Of a stretch of DNA of 64,000 nt, positions 51,689 through 64,000 are shown in pieces (the stretch's first letter is position 1; each line of letters opens with the position of its first letter). The position numbers and the translations under genes are program-made. The stretch spans positions 64,728,001-64,792,000 of the forward strand of contig NC_135658.1 of NCBI RefSeq assembly GCF_964188315.1. Direction: 5' to 3'. The notes beneath the pieces were generated by a model, which was not told the origin of the DNA, did no database searches, and saw nothing but the letters and a program-made list of their open reading frames with translations. This DNA comes from Podarcis muralis (Eukaryota).

Positions 51689-51792
51689 TCTGTTTTTGGA
51701 ACCTCTTTTCTCAGCCAGTAGAAATCGGACTGCGCTGCCTGCTTGCGGGTCTGAAGCACGTTGCCAAAATAGTCCGTTTCTAAAAACTTCAT
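51689..51792 (-). CDS. PHEX: PHEX exon 14 equivalent, [34 protein letters not shown](E)
   Basis: Lies within ORF-track ORF 51685..51873. Acceptor attctattcccag, donor gtgagt, 104 nt. Confidence 0.96.
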
Positions 51793-53483
51793 CTGGGAAT
51801 AGAATGCGAGGGTTATGCAAGTATAACCAATAGATTCAACGAGGAAAACAAAGAATAACTTTAATGTCTGCAAAGCAAAACATTCTCAAAAACCCTATGC
51901 CCTGAATTGAAATGTTCTGATACCGAGCAAGAATTCATTTGAGCTTTTCTTCAGAGATTTCTTTTTTATATTAACATATCATTCCCATAGAGCTGCACCA
52001 TTTCTATTAAATCCATAAACAGCAACTGTTGAAGGAATGGGAATTGCTTTATAGAACTGAAGGAATGGGAATTGCATTACAGAATTTTATTTTTACATGT
52101 TATGGCTGAAACCCCTAATCCACTTACCTGGACGTAAGCCCCACTGAACTCAATGGAACTTGTTGACATGTGAATGTCGGGAAACTGCTGAATATTTAGA
52201 AGACTGCCAGGAATTGCAAAGATGCTGACATTTCCCAAGAAATCCCACAGTCCGCAAAACATTTTTGCCTACTATTCAGCAACTGAGATACTTTTCAAAT
52301 AGCTATTCTATAGGCACTGCTTGTATCTAGATATATGACAAAGCAATCGTATGAAGCAGGGGGGAATTTTCTGACACTTCAGAAGCCCTGCCAGCTCAGT
52401 GCAGTTAGCGCAAGGGGAGGGTCTTTTTCTCTGCCTATCCCCCCTCCTGTAGGGAGGGAAAGACTGATGTTCAGAGCTTCTTTGGAGTATAATGGAGGGG
52501 GGATGAAGGGGCTTGGAATCAAGTGGATCCTCAGATACTCTTCACATGTCCCCTTCCATCAGGATATGTGCGCCTGCCCAGTTTCCTGCTGACATACTAG
52601 AGATGGAGGCGGTGAGCTGAGGTGAGCCTTGTCAGTGGTAGCACAGCAATTTCTCCACATCCAATAGCCCCTCAGCCAACTTTCCACTGGCTTTAGGATT
52701 ACACCCTAAAATACTATGTTCATTTCAGCCACTGCTAGCCATCTACCTTTTGGTGCTAAGTAAGGTATAAATGAGGGCAAACTGTGCAAGGGAGGGCAAA
52801 CTGAACTATCACACCCCACCCTGGGGCATGCAAGAGCAAAGAGTTAATCATTCTAACAGGGGTAAGCAAAGCTAAAGGCATGCATTTAAACATGAGAGGT
52901 TTGCAAGCAAAATAAATAAAGTTATTTATTTTTTAAAGCTGATCTCCCCCTGGAGTTTTAATACTCACAAAGCAGCTCCATTTTTATTTATTAATTTTCA
53001 AATTACACCCTTCAAGGGCCAATAAATATTTTACGGCATCAAGGAGTAACAAAATATGACTGCTGACAGTGTGTAGGGGACTCAGATAACTAGTAAGCAG
53101 ATAGAATGCCAGGACCTCCAGTTCAAACTCAGACTCTGCTGCTACAGATCGTAAGTCGTTAATGTCTAATTACTGCTCCTGGCTTGTTTGAAAAGTATCG
53201 GCAGCTTAGTGCAACTTTCAAAATACCAAAGAGTGCATTAAAAAAAACTATCACCTTCCACAAAACCTTTTATTCTGGTGCATGTAACAAAAGCTGCTTA
53301 ACCTTTGAGATGTAAGACTGACTTCATATTTCTTAAATGTCAAGTTAAAAATACATTGGGAAAATGTTTGTGAAAAATTATTCCCACCCTGTCTCTTACG
53401 TGGTAAAGTTAAGGAATTTGTAAATTGTATTTCTACTGTTTTGAAGGAAATGCAGGAAATGCAACATATAAACCATTTGGAAA

Positions 53484-53487
<4 letters not shown>

Positions 53488-53529
<42 letters not shown>

Positions 53530-54200
53530 TTATTATTAATACCCCGCCCATCTGGCTGGGCCTCCCCAGCCACTCTGGGCGGCTTCCATAAAAACCAAAA
53601 ATACAGTAAAATATCACACGTTAAAAACTTCCCTGCACAGGGCTGCCTTAAGATGTCTTCTGAATGTCAGGTAGTTGTTTATTGCTTTGACATCTGGTGG
53701 GAGGGTGTTCCACAGGGCGGGCGCCACTACCGAGAAGGCCCTCTGCCTGGTTCCCTGTAGCTTTGCTTCTCGCAATGAGGGAACCGCCAGAAGGGCCTCG
53801 GCGCTGGACCTCAGCGTCCGGGCAGAATGATGAGGGTGGAGACGCTCCTTCAGGTATACTGGACCGAGGCCGTTTAGGGCTTTAAAGGTCAGCACCAACA
53901 CTTTGAATTGTGCTCGGAAACATACTGGGAGCCAATGTAGGTCTTTCAAGACCGGTGTTATATGGTCTCGGCGGCCGCCCCCAGTCACCAGTCTAGCTGC
54001 CGCATTCTGGATTACTTGTAGTTTCTGAGTCACCTTCAAAGGTAGCCCCACGTAGAGTGCATTGCAGTAGTCCAAGCGGGAGATAACCAGAGCATGCACC
54101 ACTCTGGCGAGACAGTCCGCAGGCAGATAGGGTCTCAGCCTACGTACCAGATGGAGCTGGTAAACAGCTGCCCTGGACACAGATTTGACCTGTGCCTCCC
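53488..54200 (-). mobile_element. L2-clade LINE, 3' fragment with open ORF end and (TTA)n tail
   Basis: ORF 53614..54246 (HALVISRLDYCNALYVGLP...QNAAARLV...HITPVLKDLHWLPV) is the L2-type RT C-terminus; 3' UTR and (AAT)n tail at 53488-53530. Confidence 0.9.
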
Positions 54201-55113
54201 TATTAAGAAGGGTTATGCCCAAATAAGACCAATGGAATGTAAGCACTTAATGGCAGACTTAATATTAGTTTCCAAAAGGGTACACATGTTAGTCTCCTGA
54301 GCAAAAGCAACCAAAAGTCTTGTGGCACCTTAACACCAATATTATGACATAAGCTTTTGTGGTCTACAGTGCATTTTGGGTGCATTATCCTGCATTGGGT
54401 AGGTGGGTGTGGATGGGTGTGGGTGTAAATAGTGAGGTCAGAAGGAAAGAAAATGCAGAAAAGTACAGCCATGGCAGTAACATTTTTAACAGTGGCTATT
54501 CACACACACAAAAAGAAAACAACAATGACTGTTGATAACACAAACATTGTGGCATTGGGCAGCCAATTAACACATCTGGTGTGATAAAAATCCATTGCTC
54601 TGATTCAGTCCTCAAGTGATAGCATTAAACCTCCTGACATATTGTAAGTGAAGAGTTCACCGCCACCCACTCAGCAAGTGATGTCCTTAAAGTTCCACCA
54701 TCAGTCTGTCTGCTGCACCTTAAGCTCTCTCTACCTTCCTTCTCACATTCTCTGATCTATATCCCAACCTGTGTTGCTAACCATTAACTCAGTTTCAGCA
54801 GAAAACCATTGGTCCATTTAGTCCAGTATTGTTGCATAGACTCTCCAGAGTTTCAAACAGAGTCTCTTTTCAAGCCCTACTTGGAATCTGGGACACTGTG
54901 TATCCAATGCATGTGTCCTACCACTAGCTAAGCCCTTTTGCCTTCTTGTAAATATAATTACCCCCAGTGAAGAAGGGCGCTGCCAAAAGCAGCTTGTTCT
55001 CTGCTGCACCCCAGTTATTTTTGCCACACCAGTGTCAGTGTCATGCATCAGAACCACCACATGCCATGCAACTAAAAACACATACTAGAAAATAAATGAG
55101 CTGAAGTATTGCA

Positions 55114-55223
55114 GTGATATTCAACTAACATTTATTCTGAGTAGACCAACTGAAATACATGGACATGACTAAGTCCATGTATTTCAATGGGTATACTCTG
55201 AGTTAAGCCTAGTTGAATATCAC
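55114..55223. mobile_element. 110-bp foldback (hairpin) repeat element
   Basis: Outer arms gtgatattcaacta / tagttgaatatcac, inner arms gaaatacatggac / gtccatgtatttc; related copies near 25865-25993 and 47790-47862. Confidence 0.7.
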
Positions 55224-56486
55224 AGTTTGTGAAATATAAATGCTACTGATATGTTTATTTAATAAATACTTTTGTTATTTCCCCCCCCACACACACACAC
55301 ACTTATTCCAAATTACTTCTATTTTTGGTTGACCAACTTGAAAATAAACTAGATCTCCTACTTTCATCATTCCCAACTGTAGAGTTATTGCCTAGAAAAG
55401 ATTTGTTGTAGCTGTTTGGCCTGTCTGGCTTTAAATATCTGTAACTATGAAGCTTCACACTACAATGATTTGATAGGATGTGAACATAAAGCAATAAAAG
55501 GAGTGACTTATTATCATTTCCCAGCTTGCTTTAACCATCACAGGCAGAACTATGGCCTCAGTGAAGACACTGTGTGGTGTATTGTAGGGCTACATATTTT
55601 TAGCTTACTGAAATATACAGCAATTTTGCAGTAGGATTATGACTCAGAAAATGGGTTGCAACTTCCATTAATTTGTTCCAACGACACAGCTGACAATGAT
55701 CACTGTTTTGTCTCAAAGACAGACACTGCATATATTGTAAAATAAACATAACTAGAGACATGGTTAAGACTTCCCTTTATGGATTAAATAAGGCTTGGAG
55801 TACTTACTCATCGTCCTCCATTTCAATTAAAAACACTTTATCCTCCAGAGATGTGATGCTTAACAACAGACTCATGTAAATAATGTGGGAGATTAAGCAG
55901 AACTCAAGAAATGTGCAAAGCAAGGGAAACTGTGCTATAGCTAAAGGCATACATTTTAAGAGCAGAAATGCAGCACTCAGAAAGTTAATATCCCTTTACC
56001 TCCTGTGGGAGCTCGATGTGTCAATGTGCAAGCCATTTATGTCTTGGACAATATATCCTGAAATAATAACTCCTTTGAGAACAAAATTTCAATTTTGAAT
56101 CAAATCCCAATCAAACACCATTGCAATCTGTTGGTTTGGGTTGGTTTTTTTTTTTAATCAAACATACAGCAGGCTTATTTTAAGACACTAGCTAGGTAAT
56201 GCAAAGTAATTCCTGGAGGTGTCTATACTCTGTGCACACATACACAAAAGAGCCCGTGATTAGCTGAATGTTCTGAAAATTGCTTCTTGCAATTTTTTCA
56301 GCTTCTGGAAGAAAGAGACTAGAACCTGTGCAGGACAGAAAAACTTTGCCCTCACATCCCCCCCAAAAAAATTTCAGGTAGTCATACCCAAATGCCTTGA
56401 TGCCTGTTCTTGTGCTTGAAATTGCTTTTCAAAATGGAAAGTTGAGATTCTTGTCCCCAATTCAAATTCTATCTTGCTGCAGTACA

Positions 56487-56857
56487 ATTATTATTATTTT
56501 ATTTATTAAATTTCTATACCACCCTTTCATCTGAGAATCACAGGGCAGTTTACGATATAAAAACACAAAAATGCATAACATAGTAACAAACAAAATAATA
56601 TCCCCCAGTTTAAGAAAGGCCATAGATTGTTTAATTAGCCAAAGGCCTGTAAGAAAAAGAATGTTTTTGCCTGGTGCCTAAAGATATGCAATGAAGGTGC
56701 CAGAGAACCTCTGCAGGGGAACCTGGGAACCTCTGCAGAAAAGGCCTGTTCTTGTGTGCTACCCTCCAGACTTCTCACAGAGGAGGCACACGAAGAAGGG
56801 CCTCAAATGATGACTGCAGGGTTTGGGTTGGTTCCTATGTGGAGAGGCGGTCCTTAT
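56487..56857 (-). mobile_element. L2-clade LINE 3' end fragment
   Basis: Similar to the 45270 element (gcagaaaaggcc...gaagaagggcc...ggagaggcggtcc) with a (TTA/TTTA) tail. Approximate. Confidence 0.6.
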
Positions 56858-57729
56858 GGAAGATGGGCATAGCCAGGGAGACAAGGGGGCAATTGTCCCC
56901 TAAATAAAGTAAATCAATAAAAAATACTTAACTGAGGTACTGCCCCCACCAACATAAATCCTGACTACACCCATGTAATGGAATTATGACTATAAGGAAT
57001 CAACACTGCCTCAACAGATATGCTATACTGTGTAAAAAGCCTATGCATATAATCTTTTGTTGTGCAAAACCTTGTTATGAAGGAGCACACACGAGGAAGA
57101 AAGGAAAGAGGAGAGTTGTAGGTGGAAAAGAGTAACCCCATGGTGTGTGGAAGAACCTGCCTTCCATTTTATAACTTTCCTCCCTAAGAACTTGCAAGAT
57201 GAGGTTTTTCCCATGAAGATAGTCTGGAAGGAAGCCCAGCTCATAGAATTTCGAGTGTGAATTCATGTGAATGAGACTTCCACACACAGATGAGAGGTTT
57301 GGTGGCCTGTTGTCCACACATTCTTCAAGGTGTGGGGTGAAGGAAAGGGACACCGACTCATGTACAATGTGAGGGACACCTGTCTATTCATTCTACTGTT
57401 TAACTATGAGCTGGGATAGAGAGAGGCAAGCAAAACGGTATGTGGGGAAGGGAATATCAGGATGTGTCCAAGGTGAATGTTGGTTGCAAAAATATTGGTT
57501 GCAGACCTCTAGCTAAGGTGTCTTGTTGTAAGTGAACTATTTTCATTGAAAGGTGCTGTTTTTTAAATTATATTTTTCTGGCTTTAAACCCAAGCCCTTG
57601 AACAACTGATATCGAGAGCCTCTCTGGACACTGGCCAATTTTAATTATTTTGTTTCCTCTGCTTGTGACTTACATATGGCAAACATCATAACAAATACCA
57701 ATAGATAACAATTTAAAAACAAGACTTAC

Positions 57730-57807
57730 TGTTTTGATGCCTTCAGAAATATATGTATCATTCATTATAAACTCGGGGTAACCCACTTTAGCCAAAACTG
57801 CTTTCGC
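57730..57807 (-). CDS. PHEX: PHEX exon (human exon 13 equivalent), [26 protein letters not shown]
   Basis: Hand translation of the minus strand matches human [26 protein letters not shown] (recalled). Acceptor tttctttccaaag, donor gtaagt, 78 nt, phase 0/0. Confidence 0.95.
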
Positions 57808-60800
57808 CTTTGGAAAGAAATACAAACATCATGATGAGAAGGAATCTCCATTATTACATGGATGTGACCTTACACGGCTGCCATTAGTTTCAGAATACAG
57901 AGCCACTGGTTCCATCAATAAACTTTAGCATAATTTATGGCAATCCACTGTTCAGAAGATACATTATCATCCCATTTACACATAGCAACATCCCATTATG
58001 CTTGTCAAAACCATGTGCCACAAGAGATATCAGCAGAATGCACCACGATGGAGGTTCCTAAAAAGTCAAAGGTGGGGAATTTGTGGCTCTCTGGATATTT
58101 GGGGTGACAACTCCTATCATCCCTGGCCATAGGCACGATGGGAGTCAGAGTACCACAGATACTCCACTCATCCTACTAGTAATAGGAGAGCTTTTGTAGC
58201 AAATACCCAGTGAGATCAAATGGATGAACCATAAATTTTAAAAGCAGACACCCTTACCACACTTCCTCCATTATGGTGACTGACCTGAAAGGGAAGAACT
58301 TTCTGATGCCCAATGTGGTGGAAACATACATGCAAATAAAGTCATCACCAAATGCTCCAAACATGGGAGTGGTCTACAGTCTAGCAGGGTCATCCCAAAA
58401 TATTTTGTCACTTGAAGCAAAACAGAAAATGGCACACCTGTTGCCGCCCCGTTCTGAGTTGTTCAGAGAAAGCTCTGGTGCACTGAAAGTGGTGGGAAGC
58501 AACAAAGAAAGCAGAGAGGAGTGGCAGTGGCAGCCCTGTTCTTCCCAGGCAGTGGCCACGGGTGGAAAACAAAGGAGGAGGTGAGTGGCATGCTCCTTGG
58601 GGGCCCAGAACTACCACCCCTCCCAGCTGGTCTCAGACTGCAACCTAAGGCAACTGCCTCACCTAGGGCAATGGTGGCCCTGTTGCATAGCTATTATGTG
58701 TACACACTATTGGGAAAGATGTCAACCACATTGTGCCAGGACTCCAAACCCCACCACACAAAGTGTATTATCTGAATAATGAGCTGAGTATGGTGCTGAA
58801 GGAGGCAGGGGGTGCGGAAATGGCTTCATGGACCAAATTGGATCCCCTGGTGGGGCAAGAAGGGTGGCCGGGGGTAGGGGTAAACATAAGCCAGACTGAA
58901 CAGGAGATCCTGTGGAATCTCATTGACCACTACAAACTTCAGTGATTAGCCATCGATATGTGGATCTGTGGGAAGGAAGCTCAGAGTGGAGGAAAATCTT
59001 CCACGGCTTTTCTGAGTGTTTCCATTTTTATTGAATAATGTGTGGCTAATGCCATAGTTTTTCTCCTCCCCTTATAACGGGGCGGTGGAAGGAGGAACAT
59101 TCCAGAAACTTTACCATCTCGTTCTTGACAGTTCCTCAGCCCTTGGGTTTTTATTTCCCACCTGAAATTAAAATCTTCTACCTGTAACATCACAATTAAT
59201 TGCAAGGAAGATAATTAAGATGTCACAAACAGAAGAATACAGGTGGGGAATTAGCAGCAGGAACAGATGAAATCTTAAGCAAGAAAGATCCCATTGTCAT
59301 GCAAATATCCCTGGTGCCAGGAGAAAACAATGGAAGACAAATGCTGTGAAAAAGAAAATAGGAAATGAAGCAAATGATAATGAAAGAGAATATTTGCACT
59401 TGGTTTTCCATGAGGAGCAGGAGGGTCTTTAGGAACATTTGTAAATGGTGGGGAGGAAAGCAGAAATGCAACTGTATCCATTTTGATCACCCTACTGTTG
59501 TTCCGGCAATGGCTGAAGCTGTGCAATGACTTTTCAGCTGACATATTAGAGGGCTCTGAGTGTTTTTTCTTCTTATTTTCAGCTCAAGAAGGCAAGAGGG
59601 AAACATCTTATTTACATTTCCACTGAGTTGGCTGCTTAAATGAGCTAGGTAAGTCACAAATGTCTTGCATGTATTCAGAAGTAATCATTTTAATCACTTA
59701 ATTAAGCAGCCTTTGTGTTGCATCCACACAAATATGCCAGCTAACATTTTTTATTAAACCAGCGCAAGGAACAAAATGGTTTAGAATAGCTTATGAACTG
59801 CTGCCTTTCCAAAAACTATCCATTTTGCAACTGGATTAATTATTCAGTAGGTTTTTTTGTTTTGTTTTGTTTTTTAAGAATCTATGGAGATTAGCTGGTC
59901 CAGCATAGTGGATGATTTATGAGTGCACCACTCACTGCAAAATGTTGATCAAACCCCAAAGCACTTGGTATTTCAACGCGGAAAAACTCTACACAAATTC
60001 CTTTGAATTTTGATACTTTAATTTTAAAAAATCAGTTAATTGTCTCCAATAGAAAATATTATTTATTTACTAAACTGAACATCATGTATACAGATCCAAT
60101 TCCTGACTTCTCCATGACAGGCTGGTAAATTATTCTTGCATGAAACCAGGAAAGCTGCTGCCAGATTATGTATTCCAGGAGTGGGGAGCCTACTCTTGAG
60201 GTCATTCAAGGTCTACTCTTGCCCTGCCAGGGGATCCAATTTGGCCCATGAAGCCATTTCTCCAACACCATGCCTACCTGTCAATCAGCTGGCATCACTT
60301 CAATGGTCCCCTACCTCAGTGGGCCAACATTGACAGGTGGGCAGACATGCCTACTTATCAGTCACCTGACATTAGGTCACATGACTGACAAGTGGCTAGT
60401 CTCAGTCACCTCTCAAACTTAGCCCACATGGGTGGGGGAGATAAACATCTGGCCAAAAATGTTCCCTATCCCTGGAGCAGACAGTACTGAGCTAGATGGG
60501 CCATTGACCGGACTCAGTATAAGACAGCTTCCTATGTTTTAGGTAATTGTATTTGCATTGATTTAATTTGTGAGCCATCCAAAAGGCCTAGTCAACTGAA
60601 CAGCACTTAAATGCCAAAAAGAAAAAGAAACCAACTCTGAAAGATAACGTGTGAACAAAATTAAGCAGACTGCCTGGTCAGAATGACAGGACATCCACAG
60701 CCTTGGGAGAGGTATTATAATCTTTACTCACAGCACTTAGGGTAGTGATTAAAATCAAAATGAAAAGGGAGGAATTTATGTACAATATAAATTAGGGGGC

Positions 60801-61086
60801 ACCAACCTTTTTAGACCAATGGGTTCCTTTGGGTTTTTGAGCGAGCATCACGGGCACCACCACCTCTGTTCCTTTCTCTCTCTCATATCAGATCCACCCC
60901 ACCCCCTCACCCCTGACAACCAGAAAGAGGAAAGTTTTGTGTTCACTTTCCCAGAGAATCTGGGTAAAAGCCTTGAAATCTGAGCCTTGTAAAGTACATT
61001 GTGAGAAGTGGCAACGAAGAGTACAAAGTGGCAGTGGGAAAGAGCATCACTCTTCCAATTTCATTCTTCAGCTCTATGTACTTATC

Positions 61087-61250
61087 ATAGAATCACAGAA
61101 CTGTAGAGTTGGAAGTGACCCTGAGGGCCATCTGGTCCAAAGCTCTACAATGCAAGGAATCTCATCTAAAGCACCCATGACAAAAGGTGGGCAGCCAAGC
61201 TCTGCTTAAAAACCCCCAATGAAGGAGAATCCACCACCTTCCAGGGAGGG
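61087..61250 (-). mobile_element. CR1 LINE 3' end
   Basis: atcatagaatcacagaa...gagttggaagtgaccctgagggccatctggtccaa...ccaccaccttcc is a CR1-type terminus. Approximate. Confidence 0.65.
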
Positions 61251-61612
61251 GTAAGGAAGAAGAGGGTAACCACCTCATAACCAAAGGGACACTGAGTAGA
61301 TGCCAGAGGAAAATCTCAAAGGCAGCACTGGAAATGTCATTGAATATGCTTTCAAGGGAGATATGGGCCTACCAAGAATTGATCCATCTCTGGCTTGGTA
61401 CCCCAGTGTGTAATTCATATAGGTATACATATATCCCTTCTGCATTGTGACTTTGGTCATAGGAAGGATTTTAATATCTTTGTCTTAACTGAAGATGTGA
61501 TATGGAAAACAGCTATTAAACAGGCTACCTCAATATATATTGGGAAATAATGGCTTATGAATCTAAGCAGAATCCTTTAAAACCTTTCTCATTCATTTGA
61601 GTAATCTAGCCA

Positions 61613-61995
61613 AAGAAGGCTGATCGCTGAAGAATTGATGCTTTTGAATTATGGTGCTAGAGGAGACTCTTGAGAGTCCCATGGACTGCAAGAAAATCAA
61701 ACCTATCCATTCTGAAGGAAATCAGCCCTGAGTGCTCACTGGAAGGACAGATCCTGAAGCTGAGGCTCCAATACTTTGGCCACCTCATGAGAAGACTCCT
61801 GGGAAAGCCCCTGATGTTGGGAAAGATGGAGGGCACAAGGAGAAGGGGACGACAGAGGACGAGATGGTTGGACAGTGTTCTCGAAGCTGCTAACATGATT
61901 TTGACCAAACTGCAGGAGGCAGTGGAAGGCAGGAGTGCCTGGTGTGCTCTGGTCCATGGGGTCACAAAGAGTCGGACACGACTAAACGACAAAAC
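61613..61995 (+). mobile_element. Bov-B (RTE) LINE, 3' fragment
   Basis: ORF track gives RVPWTARKSNLSILKEISPECSLEGQILKLRLQYFGHLMRR...RWLD, the characteristic Bov-B C-terminus; ends gactaaacgacaaaac. Confidence 0.92.
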
Positions 61996-62028
<33 letters not shown>

Positions 62029-62093
62029 TTATTATTTATACCCCGCCCATCTGGCTGGGCCTCCCCAGCCACTCTGGGCGGCTTCCATAAAAA
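61996..62093 (-). mobile_element. Short L2 3' tail abutting the Bov-B tail
   Basis: (AAT)n plus ccccgcccatctggctgggcctccccagccactctgggcggcttccataaaaa, identical to 53534-53593 over that stretch. Confidence 0.85.
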
Positions 62094-64000
62094 GACCAGC
62101 CAAAGACCACCATATCACCATTTACATCACACAGGAGAGGAGAACAGTTTTAACAACAGCACCCAGACTAATCTGGCTCATGGTAGTATAAGATAGCATC
62201 TTAACTCATTATTGACACAAAAGATAAGGCACAAGACTTTCAACAGGGTATTAATTTCTCCTGGATTTCTCATTTCTTTGCATAGCCTTTTCTGCACTGT
62301 GCTGCTAATATTTAACTTCTATCATCCATCAAGAGAAAGAATATGGGAAGCCCTCTAAGAGGAAATTGTTCTTTTTGGCCATTATTTTAATCATTTCATA
62401 CCTTCATTTAAATATGTCAACATTTCAGAATTATAAAAGACAAAATCCCAGAAATTATTGGTTAGTTCAGGATGAGCATTGTTTGTGATGTATACTGGGA
62501 AAGGGTTAGAGACCCTCTCCTATAGACAGCCACTTCCCCAGTCTTCCAAAAAAAAGCGCCCCACATGCCTACTAATTACTGCAACAAAAATCTCATTGGG
62601 CAAATCCTAATTGCAGATCCCACATGTAATATCTAAATTTGGTCTCCAGGATCAGCAACTGGGCACTGTAGGCTTTCACATCCAGGCTTGTTGAAACTAT
62701 TCCTGTACTAAAAAAGATCCCTGCACTAGCAATAAATTAGAATTATGTTCAAAGCAGAATTTTTTAAAAGGCATTAATCTCAACTCTCGCTGTACAACAT
62801 TGCATTTTATTATGACCATTTAAGAGGGCGCATATAGATCACTATGCATTGACAACCTGGACCTATTGCAACAACACTTTTTTACAATAATCACAAATGA
62901 TATAATGTGATGTATGCATACATAATTGTCTCTCTTTTTATGGGCAATTTTTAAATTCTAAAATAAATAAATTTACTGGGGAAATTAGCATAAAATCTAG
63001 TTTGAAAGCAAGACTGTTTCATCGCTCTGTAATGGGCCCTTTAATTGCAACAATGAATTGACTCTTTGTGTACATGTCTGTCTGTGTTTTCATTTTTCAT
63101 GGAAAGTAGGCTATCTGAATACCATCTGCTAAAACTGTTGCATGCATATGGCTGGTACTCTATTTCTTCCAAACACTGGGAGGAATGTGGTAGGCGATTA
63201 GAAACCTTGTTCAATATATCTTGCACAGAATGCAGAGTTCAAACTAAATAGCACCCATGTGAGTGGAAGTTTTAAGATACTGCATCTGGAAATGTCTGCT
63301 ATAGAAGGTCTTAAGAGAGAAATAGCCAGAGCCAGTTAAACATATTAATACGTAGCTGGCAAAAGAAAAGAAAAATCTGTCCTGGTGTTAAGTACTGAGT
63401 CATCATCTGTATTATACTCAGTTGGGATGTTTGTTTTATATGCTGAGCATATAAGAGAAAGAATCACACTGGTATTGTTGGTTCTTATTCTTTAAAAAAT
63501 TGTGCAGACATTTTATGTATTGGGGTGTTTTGTTTATCTTTTACTTTGGCTAGCAAAAAAGCGGGGCGGGGGACAAATAAATGAATAATACAATTATTGG
63601 ACACAGATTTTATACTAAAATAAAACAGTAACATATTTCATTACCTGAAGTAGTACAATGCAAAGTGACTGCGTTTGAAGTCTTGTAAACTATTAAGTCA
63701 AAGGTGGAGAATAAAAAACAATAATTTTCCTCTTGATTCAGAATGATATTTTAGTGCAAGAGCTTCATCCCCCAAAAGCTGAAGGGAGTTCACATTACAA
63801 AATGCAGCCATTAAATTTTCTGTTTAATGAGCTGTTGCTTTTATCTCAGTTATGTGGATTCCCTCCACTGTTCATTGTGATTTAAAGAAATGCACAATTA
63901 ACCCATCAAATGTTGCTATGTAGATTGGCAAGATTTTTGTACACATGTGTAACACTGACCCATGTGAGGTTAAGAGGCTTCCCAAAACTTACAGAATGTA

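Noticed and set aside
57808-64000. Expected PHEX exon 12 ([24 protein letters not shown]-like)
   Set aside because: I found no matching translation. A donor-like cttcag|gtaatg near 63645 has no PHEX-like upstream peptide. The exon is presumably beyond the window.

Overview
Eukaryotic genomic DNA from a squamate reptile. Sauria SINEs and Bov-B LINEs point to a lizard, probably a lacertid (inference). The only protein-coding gene I can support is the 3' half of PHEX (M13/neprilysin-family zinc endopeptidase) on the minus strand. Ten GT-AG exons (78, 104, 59, 55, 68, 131, 66, 105, 77 and 103 nt; 846 nt in total) splice in frame from 57807 down to a TAG at 22721-22723. They encode 281 aa with the [18 protein letters not shown] and HSP motifs and a C-terminal CRVW. 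They match human PHEX exons 13-22 in sequence and length as I recall them. The preceding exon is not in 57808-64000. Positions 1-22700 are 3' UTR and intergenic. The rest is a dense transposon landscape: Tc1/mariner MITEs of several families, hAT MITEs, Sauria and other tRNA-derived SINEs, Bov-B, L1, L2 and CR1 fragments, microsatellites and one apparently exact 409-bp tandem duplication. Almost all other ORFs in the track are spurious or TE-derived. I see no convincing new gene system. The most unusual signals are a Tc2-like MITE family whose interiors are built from different hairpin modules with arm-to-arm compensatory changes, a PHEX exon 18 acceptor with no adjacent polypyrimidine tract, and the 409-bp duplication. 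Coordinates for old, degenerate repeats are approximate.
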